A DNA stretch of 63,460 nucleotides, counting the filler. It is 4 parts of 4 records of this genome, joined end to end, with 100 filler letters (N's around TTAATTAATTAA, not from the genome) between each part and the next. Parts side by side here need not be neighbours in the genome. Positions count along the whole stretch, not along the records: positions 54,995 to 63,460 come from SRR31156797_23160; 3 more parts are not named here. One strand, given 5' to 3'. Below are positions 56,779-63,460 of this stretch, piece by piece. The position numbers and the translations under genes were made by a program. Position 1 is the stretch's first letter; each line of letters starts with the position of its first letter. The notes under the pieces were generated by a model. That model was not told the DNA's origin, searched no databases, and worked only from the letters and a program-made list of their open reading frames with translations.

Positions 56779-58520
56779 TAACGAAAACAATACCCGCCGG
56801 AACCCTTCTGTACGGCCGGGCCATGCTCAATCAGCTGCCTCGTGAGATTGAACTTATGAATGCCAAAAATCCCGTCCTGATAACAACAGGAGAACATCTG
56901 AAGAAAGCCAGACGGGCGGCGAAAGAAATTGCTTCCGGAATCACCTGCGGGGCCGACCCCCACGGAGCCCCGGCCCTCCCCCTCCTGCAGGAAGAGGCAC
57001 CACCGCCCCCCTGCGACTTTCTGGTACTCGCCGGCGGGCGGGAACTGGTGGAGGGGTTTCTCGATGATCCCCGGCCGAAGGCCTGGGTCCTGCTTTCTGA
57101 AAAGGACCTGGATGATTTTACGGCACCTCAAACCGCCATAACCGTGGTTGACAGCCGGTTCATCCGGTCCGAGGAGGCTGTGAAATCTTTCATGCGCAAG
57201 TTTGCCGCCTCCACCACTGCCGGTGCGGCCTTCCACCCCGGGGAACTTTCTCTGCCGAAGGCCTTTACCTACTCCTGCCGGACCTCTGTCCACTCAGGGG
57301 CAGGGGCGCTGGAGGAACTCCCCGGACTCCTTGATTCACTGAAGACTTTCCACCCCCTCATACTCACGGACTCAGGAATTCGGGCCGTTGGACTGTACGA
57401 TAGGCTCACCGCCGTTCTGGGAGATTATGGGTTTAAAACTTTTGATGAGATTCCACCCGACTCCTCCAGCCGGGTGGTCAATGAGATCAGCGCCTTCTAC
57501 AGGGAAGAAGGGTGTGACGGCCTGATCGCCCTGGGAGGCGGTTCAGTCCTGGACACGGGAAAAGGAGTCTATTTAAACGTCTCCCTGGGAGTAGAGGATC
57601 TCACAAGCCTGGCCGGTTCCAACCGCATCCCGAAGCTGACGGTCCCCTTTATCGCCGTTCCCACCACCTCGGGAACCGGTTCGGAGGTCACCAAGGTGGC
57701 CGTCATCAGCGATGCGGAACGGGAACGCAAGCTCCTCTATGTTTCCACAAATCTGATGCCCGACGACGGTATCCTCGATCCGCAGATGACAGCCTCTCTC
57801 CCCCCGGGACTGACTTCGATTACCGGGATGGACGCTCTCTCCCATGCCGTCGAAGCCTACACCTGCCTGGGAAAAAACCCGATCAGCGACGCCATGGCCT
57901 GGAAGGCAATAGAACTGATACGGGACAGCCTCATCCCCCTGATGACCGATCCGCAGAACCCGGAGCTCCGGGGAAATCTGGCCCTGGCCTCCAATCTGGC
58001 GGGTCAGGCCTTCTCCAACTCCATGGTCGGCATGGTCCACACTATAGGACATTCGGTAGGTGCCGTCTGTCACGCGCCCCACGGCGGCTGCATGGCGGTC
58101 CTCCTCCCGGCCTCCCTTGAGTCCAACCTGCCGGAAATCGAAGAAAATCTCGCCCGCCTGCTCGATGCCCTGGTTCCTGCGGAGGAGAGGGTGAAGGCCG
58201 AGGGGTTTTCACAACAGAAGCGAGCCCTGCGTTTTATAGAGATCATAAAAGAGATGAACAGGAATCTGAGAGAACTCACCGGCGGACGACACCCTGAGGG
58301 CTTATGCCAGATCATGGACAGGGAGGGAAGCCCCCTGATCAGCCGGGAAGATTTCCGGAAAATAGCTGAGACATCCCTGGGGGATGCCTCGATCGTCTAC
58401 AATCCTGTGGAGCTGAGAATAGATGATATCCTCAAGGTACTGGAAACAGCTTACCCGGCCTATGCCTCAACGGCGGCGGCTCCGGAACTCCTCCTGGGTG
58501 CGATGGAAACAAATCGGTAA
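56775..58520 (+). CDS. iron-containing alcohol dehydrogenase with N-terminal extension
   Basis: Motifs GGGSVLDTGK, PTTSGTGSE, GMDALSHAVE, VHTIGH...HAPHG. ATGA overlap with the AOR gene. Confidence 0.92.
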   Translation: MITKTIPAGTLLYGRAMLNQLPREIELMNAKNPVLITTGEHLKKARRAAKEIASGITCGADPHGAPALPLLQEEAPPPPCDFLVLAGGRELVEGFLDDPRPKAWVLLSEKDLDDFTAPQTAITVVDSRFIRSEEAVKSFMRKFAASTTAGAAFHPGELSLPKAFTYSCRTSVHSGAGALEELPGLLDSLKTFHPLILTDSGIRAVGLYDRLTAVLGDYGFKTFDEIPPDSSSRVVNEISAFYREEGCDGLIALGGGSVLDTGKGVYLNVSLGVEDLTSLAGSNRIPKLTVPFIAVPTTSGTGSEVTKVAVISDAERERKLLYVSTNLMPDDGILDPQMTASLPPGLTSITGMDALSHAVEAYTCLGKNPISDAMAWKAIELIRDSLIPLMTDPQNPELRGNLALASNLAGQAFSNSMVGMVHTIGHSVGAVCHAPHGGCMAVLLPASLESNLPEIEENLARLLDALVPAEERVKAEGFSQQKRALRFIEIIKEMNRNLRELTGGRHPEGLCQIMDREGSPLISREDFRKIAETSLGDASIVYNPVELRIDDILKVLETAYPAYASTAAAPELLLGAMETNR

Positions 58521-58552
58521 ACCGCCTGGGCGGCCATGATAAAGCCGCGGGA

Positions 58553-59206
58553 TTAGAGAAGTCCCCGGATCATCTCCAGGTCCTCTTTCATCCCCTGGGC
58601 CCGGTCCCTGTCCAGCACCCCGGGCTGGGTGAGAACAATATACTTTCCCGCCAGAAAGAGGGCGCCTCCGGGAACCATCCTTCTTTCAAGAACCGAAGGA
58701 ACCGGATCCGCCCAGCCTGCCGCCTCAAAGGCCTCGGGAGAGGAGGTCAGCATCCAGGACCACTGTGAACCGGCAACCGGATGGAGCTGGACAGAGACCA
58801 GGGCTTCCGCAAGCTTGCCCAGCGGCCCCTCCTGCCGACGGATGATCCAGAAATCTGGTCCGGAGTCCTGCCGTTCCCCCACGGCCAGGACAGAGTAGGA
58901 GGAACGCCGTTTGCCCGTTGTTCCGGGGCTTATATGCTGATTGTCGCAAATCCAGAATCCCGGCCCGGCCTCAATGATATTGGAAAGGGTATCTTTCCCC
59001 GTGCGGTAGGAAAAAACTCCGGAAGCCAGAATCCCGTAAAGCGGATGTGCCGGATCCGATTTGATCAGTCGCCACCCCCGGGATTGAGAAAGCTCCTCCA
59101 ATCCGCCTGCCGCCGCCCGGCGCCGCTTGATCATTACGATGATTAAAACCACCATGGCGATCGGCACCCCCAGGAAAAAGATAAAAAACAGTATTGAAAA
59201 AACCAT
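58553..59206 (-). CDS. hypothetical membrane-anchored protein
   Basis: AGGAGG RBS and a single N-terminal TM helix followed by KRRR. Confidence 0.7.
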   Translation of the reverse strand: MVFSILFFIFFLGVPIAMVVLIIVMIKRRRAAAGGLEELSQSRGWRLIKSDPAHPLYGILASGVFSYRTGKDTLSNIIEAGPGFWICDNQHISPGTTGKRRSSYSVLAVGERQDSGPDFWIIRRQEGPLGKLAEALVSVQLHPVAGSQWSWMLTSSPEAFEAAGWADPVPSVLERRMVPGGALFLAGKYIVLTQPGVLDRDRAQGMKEDLEMIRGLL

Positions 59207-59423
59207 TGACTCCTCCTTTTGCGGTTAAGTAGAGTTGACCATAGTAGAATTATAACAGATTAGAACAGTTACAGGCTGGAAAAAACCGGCCCAGCGCGGT
59301 TCACACTTTATTCATACTTTTTCTATACCCCATTTACATCAAACTTCTCCGGCCGGGCTATATTTGTGTGTAAAATCTTTACCCCGGATTTGGATCCATT
59401 CAAAACAAAGTCAGGAGTTATTT

Positions 59424-60827
59424 ATGAAAAAAAGCCGGTTCCCCTTATTTCTTCTTGCCCTTTCAGCCGCGGCCCTCTCCGCTCTCGCTTCCTGCGATAC
59501 ATCAACAGGCTTGTATTCCTCGGCCTCGGAGGATGATATTTCCTTCAGTGCGTTGACTGACACCTCCGACTGGTCCGAAGCGACCCATGAAAAACTGGAT
59601 ACCGAAGATATCGTGACAAATCTCGACAAGATATTCGATACCTCCAGCGTACAGGAAATCCGGATCGTCATTGAACCGGACAACTGGGAGTTGATGAATG
59701 CCAATCTGGAGGATTTATCCGATGAACTGGGCAATTCCACAGATTTCAATACGGTAGACAATCCCTTCTTTGTCCCCTGTGAGTTTTTTTACGAGGACAC
59801 GGAGTGGTATAAGGTTGGAATCCGGTTCAAAGGAAACTCAAGCCTCTACAACGCCAACTGCAGCAAGCTTCCCTTCAAACTGGATTTCGATGAATTCGAA
59901 GATGAATACCCCGAAATAGACAATCAGCGCTTCTACGGCTTCAAACAGTTGAATCTGAAAAGCAACTATCTGGACGAATCGGAAATGCATGAAGTCGTGG
60001 CAGGGGATCTCTTCCTCGATTTCGGCCTTGTCGGAGCCCACTCCTCCTTCTACGCCCTCTACCTCAATGTGGACGGAAGCGATGATGGTGATATCTACTA
60101 TGGCCTCTACACTCTTGTAGAAGAAGTTGACGATACGGTGATAAAAACCCAGTACGATGATGACAGCGGAAACCTCTACAAACCGGAGGATGACGCGGCG
60201 ACCTTCGCGGCGGGGACCTACAATGAAGATGAATACGATTTGAAAACAGATGATGATGACTCTTACAATGATATTGAAAACTTCTATATCATTCTCAACG
60301 ATTCGACCCGCACCTCCGATCCCGATAGCTGGCAGGCCAATCTTGAGTCGGTATTTGATGTGGATATCTTTCTCAAATGGCTGGCGGCCAACTCGGTTAT
60401 GCAGAATTGGGATACCTATGGTGTGATGGATCACAATTTCTTTCTCTACAATAATCCGGCGACCGATAAATTCGAATGGATCCCCTGGGATAACAACGAA
60501 GCCCTGGAGGATAACAACAGGTGTTTGTCCCTGACCATGTCCTCGGTAGACGATGACTGGCCGTTGATCTCCTACATCCTCGATGTGGATTCCTATAAAT
60601 CCATCTACAAGACCTATGTCGATGATTTTGCCGACGAGCTTTTCAATGAGACCTATATGGATCCCATTTATACCGGTTACGAAGTTCTGATCGAAACCTA
60701 CGTTGAAGATGAGGGAAACGACTATACCTTCACCTCATCCTGGGAATTTTCAAATGCCGTCGATGATCTGATGGATCATACGGAAGATCGGAACAGCGCG
60801 GCCAACACCTATGCGGGTATAGACTGA
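59424..60827 (+). CDS. CotH kinase family lipoprotein
   Basis: Lipobox LSALASC. Motifs VGIRFKGNSS, PFKLDF, YGLYTLVE, GNLYK, NWDTY...HNFFLY, WIPWD.N. Very acidic. Confidence 0.88.
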   Translation: MKKSRFPLFLLALSAAALSALASCDTSTGLYSSASEDDISFSALTDTSDWSEATHEKLDTEDIVTNLDKIFDTSSVQEIRIVIEPDNWELMNANLEDLSDELGNSTDFNTVDNPFFVPCEFFYEDTEWYKVGIRFKGNSSLYNANCSKLPFKLDFDEFEDEYPEIDNQRFYGFKQLNLKSNYLDESEMHEVVAGDLFLDFGLVGAHSSFYALYLNVDGSDDGDIYYGLYTLVEEVDDTVIKTQYDDDSGNLYKPEDDAATFAAGTYNEDEYDLKTDDDDSYNDIENFYIILNDSTRTSDPDSWQANLESVFDVDIFLKWLAANSVMQNWDTYGVMDHNFFLYNNPATDKFEWIPWDNNEALEDNNRCLSLTMSSVDDDWPLISYILDVDSYKSIYKTYVDDFADELFNETYMDPIYTGYEVLIETYVEDEGNDYTFTSSWEFSNAVDDLMDHTEDRNSAANTYAGID

Positions 60828-60926
60828 TTCCTGCATTCCGGCTCCCATCGGAATCGACTCAATAGCGATGCCGACGGAGATAAAAAACTTGATACTCCAG
60901 GCCGTTCGTCCTATTATTATAGAGGA

Positions 60927-62030
60927 ATGAACAGCGAACTGGATAATTTCTTATACTACCTGGCTTTCTCGACCTTCGTCATGTTCTTCTTTTTCGGTTT
61001 TCTACAGCTTAACCACCGGCGTAAACACAAGGTCAACTTCTATCTTTCCGGCCTCTTCTTTTCCGGCGGATACCAGTTCTTCTATTATTGGGCCTATGGT
61101 ACAGGGCTTTTAGGTCATCTCCCCTTTCTCTTGAACACCGAAATCGCTGTCTGTTTTCTGATCGGTCCCTTTCTCTACTCCTACTTTCGGATCATAACGG
61201 GATCCAGGGATAAAAAGATCAGCCTGACGGCCATACATTTCCTCCCCTTCGGTCTCTCTCTTCTCCTTATAACGGGATTGACGCTCTTTCAACCGATCCT
61301 TATTAAGCAGTATGTGGCAGAGGGAGCCCTGTTCCCCGACTACGCGGACAATCCCTGGATCAGAGGCATCAATATCTGTTGTGATCTCTCCATGGCCGCC
61401 TACTTCATCCTGGCCCTGATCAAATCCCGGATCTTCCTGAAGGCAGGAAAACTGACGACAGAGATGCGTATCGTCCTGATATTCCTAATGCTCATCACAA
61501 TCAATGTCCTCCTCCTGGTTTTTGCCAACCTGATCGCCCATCAGAGCCTGATGATTTCGGCCACCCTGGGCTACGCCCTCCTGCCCATGTATTACGTCTT
61601 CTTCTCCTACCGCCACCCGGAGTTCTGCCTGAAGGTGATCAAGGAGACGAAAACCATCCGTTATGAACAGGCAATCATTAAAAAACTGGATTTGGCGGAG
61701 GTGGAGGCCAGACTGAAGGAAATTATGGAAGAAGATAAATTCTTTGTGAACAGTGATCTGAGTCTGAACTCTTTAAGCGAGAACTTGAAAATCAAGCCCT
61801 ATCAGCTCTCCCGGATTCTCAACGACAGGATGGGTGTTAATTTCAACACCTACGTCAACGCCTTTCGGATCGAAGAGGCCAAACGTCTGCTGATCGAATG
61901 GCCGGAGAAATCGGTCCTGGAGATAGCCTTCTCCGTCGGATTCAATTCCAAATCCTCATTCAACACCTTCTTCCAGAAGGAGGCCGGGGTATCGCCCACG
62001 GCCTTTCGAAAGACCTCCCCGGCCGTCTAA
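60927..62030 (+). CDS. membrane-bound AraC-family regulator
   Basis: About 7 N-terminal TM helices plus C-terminal LSLNSLS...FNTYVNAFRIEEAK...GFNSKSSFNTFF. Promoter-like TTGATA-N17-TATTAT at 60889-60917. Confidence 0.9.
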   Translation: MNSELDNFLYYLAFSTFVMFFFFGFLQLNHRRKHKVNFYLSGLFFSGGYQFFYYWAYGTGLLGHLPFLLNTEIAVCFLIGPFLYSYFRIITGSRDKKISLTAIHFLPFGLSLLLITGLTLFQPILIKQYVAEGALFPDYADNPWIRGINICCDLSMAAYFILALIKSRIFLKAGKLTTEMRIVLIFLMLITINVLLLVFANLIAHQSLMISATLGYALLPMYYVFFSYRHPEFCLKVIKETKTIRYEQAIIKKLDLAEVEARLKEIMEEDKFFVNSDLSLNSLSENLKIKPYQLSRILNDRMGVNFNTYVNAFRIEEAKRLLIEWPEKSVLEIAFSVGFNSKSSFNTFFQKEAGVSPTAFRKTSPAV

Positions 62031-62037
62031 ACTCAGG

Positions 62038-63459
62038 TCAATCCAGCTCCTCCCACCAGAAGGACATTTTCAGCTTGCATTCGGCATCGTTACTCTCATT
62101 GAAGGTAAAAGTATGATATCTGATATCATTTTCCCCCGGAGCAATACTTTCAAAGCCGGGAATACCCTCGGCGCTCCACTGGTTACTATCAAAATCATAG
62201 ACAAAATCGTAGGTGCTCAGTGTTAAAGGTTCATCATCCCCGGTTCCCCAGTCCCAATTATAATCTTTATAGTCGATGATACTGACATCCAGAGTAACCC
62301 GGCTCCCATAGGACCTGTAGACAAACAAATCAGTCTCCTTGTATTCACTCTCATAGGGAGCTCCGGCATCTGTTGTACCGTCGTGAAAATGGTAATATTC
62401 CAGGTAGGGGATGTTTTTGTAGGTATACTCCCAATTATCGTAAACCACAATTTGATAATACTCATCCAGAATGATTTGATAGTCCCGTATAAATATTTTC
62501 CAGTAAAGATCCGGCGTTGGTCTTAGTCCACTCTCTTTTTTGGTTACCTGGAGCCAGTGGAGCCGGAAATAGAACCTGGCGTTAGTTCTGCTGACGGTGC
62601 GGGAATCCGCCGCCGCAGGAGGACTCCAGGTGTAGGAAGAACCATCCTGATGATAGGTATATATCTCATAGTAATAGTGGGTGTAGTTCAGGCAATCATC
62701 ATCTCTTTCTTCAAAATCATCCGCCGGCAGCATAAATATAACATCTCCGTTGCCCAGAGGATCTGTTACTGAATAGCCGGCACTTGCCGGGATGACCTCA
62801 TCCAGAGGGGTTTCTCCTTCACGCTTTCTGACGAGAATCCCATCAACCCTGGAATCATCTGGTAGATCCCAGCCCAGATTCATAGAGGTCTCGCTTAAGG
62901 GAGTCAACTGAAAATCAGTTACCGGTGACAGGTCAGACCAGACATTGAGGGTATAAACCTCCTCGGTCACATCATCCAGGGCGGTGACTGTTATTTCAAG
63001 GGTATTGTCCCCGACCAGGAGTAGAAACTCATCGGAGATCACATCGGAATCGATCAGAACAGGGTCGGCACCATTCAGGCTGACCTCTATAGGGCAGGCG
63101 TTCTTTTCAGCAAAGGGTGTCAACCGTATAGCATCGGCAACGACTCCGGTCACCGTATACTCCCGAACCGCGTTCTCATCGGTGTCTTTCACAAAATCAA
63201 GATCCCCGACCGAGACCTCGAGGTCGATCAGTCTTGCATCGGTACTGATTATAGGGCTCAAAGGGTCATCGTCTTCATCATCATCCAGTCCGTCGCCGTC
63301 GGTGTCCCGGTTGGCCGGATTGGTCTTGGGATTCGTACCCGGGTCCGGATGGAGTTCCTCCCAGTCGGAGAGGCTGTCGCCGTCCGAATAGGCCGTTTCA
63401 TCTGAGGTTCCCAGCATGGTCTCGACCCGCAGGGGAATCCCGTCATTATCGCTGTCCAC
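62038..63459 (-). CDS. large surface/secreted protein, C-terminal part (Asp-rich Ca-binding repeats, cadherin-like and Fn3-like beta-sandwiches)
   Basis: DxDxDG repeats (DSDNDG, DGDSLSDWEE, DTDGDGLDD), a cadherin-like segment (GDNTLEITVTALD...YTLNV) and an Fn3-like segment (LGWDLP...YYYEIY). 5' end outside window. Confidence 0.65.
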   Translation of the reverse strand: MDSDNDGIPLRVETMLGTSDETAYSDGDSLSDWEELHPDPGTNPKTNPANRDTDGDGLDDDEDDDPLSPIISTDARLIDLEVSVGDLDFVKDTDENAVREYTVTGVVADAIRLTPFAEKNACPIEVSLNGADPVLIDSDVISDEFLLLVGDNTLEITVTALDDVTEEVYTLNVWSDLSPVTDFQLTPLSETSMNLGWDLPDDSRVDGILVRKREGETPLDEVIPASAGYSVTDPLGNGDVIFMLPADDFEERDDDCLNYTHYYYEIYTYHQDGSSYTWSPPAAADSRTVSRTNARFYFRLHWLQVTKKESGLRPTPDLYWKIFIRDYQIILDEYYQIVVYDNWEYTYKNIPYLEYYHFHDGTTDAGAPYESEYKETDLFVYRSYGSRVTLDVSIIDYKDYNWDWGTGDDEPLTLSTYDFVYDFDSNQWSAEGIPGFESIAPGENDIRYHTFTFNESNDAECKLKMSFWWEELD

Positions 63460-63460
63460 A

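Noticed and set aside
1-63460. CRISPR arrays, tRNA/rRNA, transposases, riboswitches
   Set aside because: None recognised by eye. A covariance-model scan could still reveal small RNAs in the longer intergenic regions.

Overview
This window is not one locus. It is four contigs joined by artificial 100-bp linkers (N44-TTAATTAATTAA-N44) at 22641-22740, 48622-48721 and 54895-54994. Contig 1 (1-22640) looks like an anaerobic deltaproteobacterium. It carries a ~16.7-kb minus-strand catabolic cluster behind a perfect sigma-54 promoter. The genes, in order, are an OYE-family flavoenzyme, a ferredoxin, an unannotated 48-aa ORF, thiolase + DUF35, a radical SAM/SPASM enzyme with an atypical CX4CX2C motif, a large nitroreductase-like unknown protein, a CoA ligase, EtfBA, a membrane FeS/CCG oxidoreductase, two acyl-CoA dehydrogenases and an isobutyryl-CoA-mutase-like subunit. 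A divergent unit encodes a degenerate CobA fragment and a CbbQ/NorQ + CbbO/NorD chaperone pair with no known client. Converging on that unit are a DsrE-like gene and a truncated paralog of the nitroreductase-like unknown. Contig 2 (22741-48621) looks spirochaete-like. It holds a sugar locus with four UROD/MtaA-fold proteins, two rhamnose-mutarotase-family proteins, an ABC importer, a LacI regulator and two binding-protein::AraC hybrid regulators. After that come an RpiR-controlled E. coli ygc-like operon and a frameshifted BCCT transporter. Contig 3 (48722-54894) is a taurine-degradation cluster (xsc, aminotransferase, CoA-acylating aldehyde dehydrogenase, tauA, USP). Contig 4 (54995-63460) has an extended aldehyde:ferredoxin oxidoreductase, an extended Fe-ADH, a CotH-family lipoprotein, a membrane AraC regulator and part of a large surface protein. 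No RNA genes, CRISPR arrays or mobile elements were recognised. Taxonomic and functional labels come from motif recognition only, with no database search.
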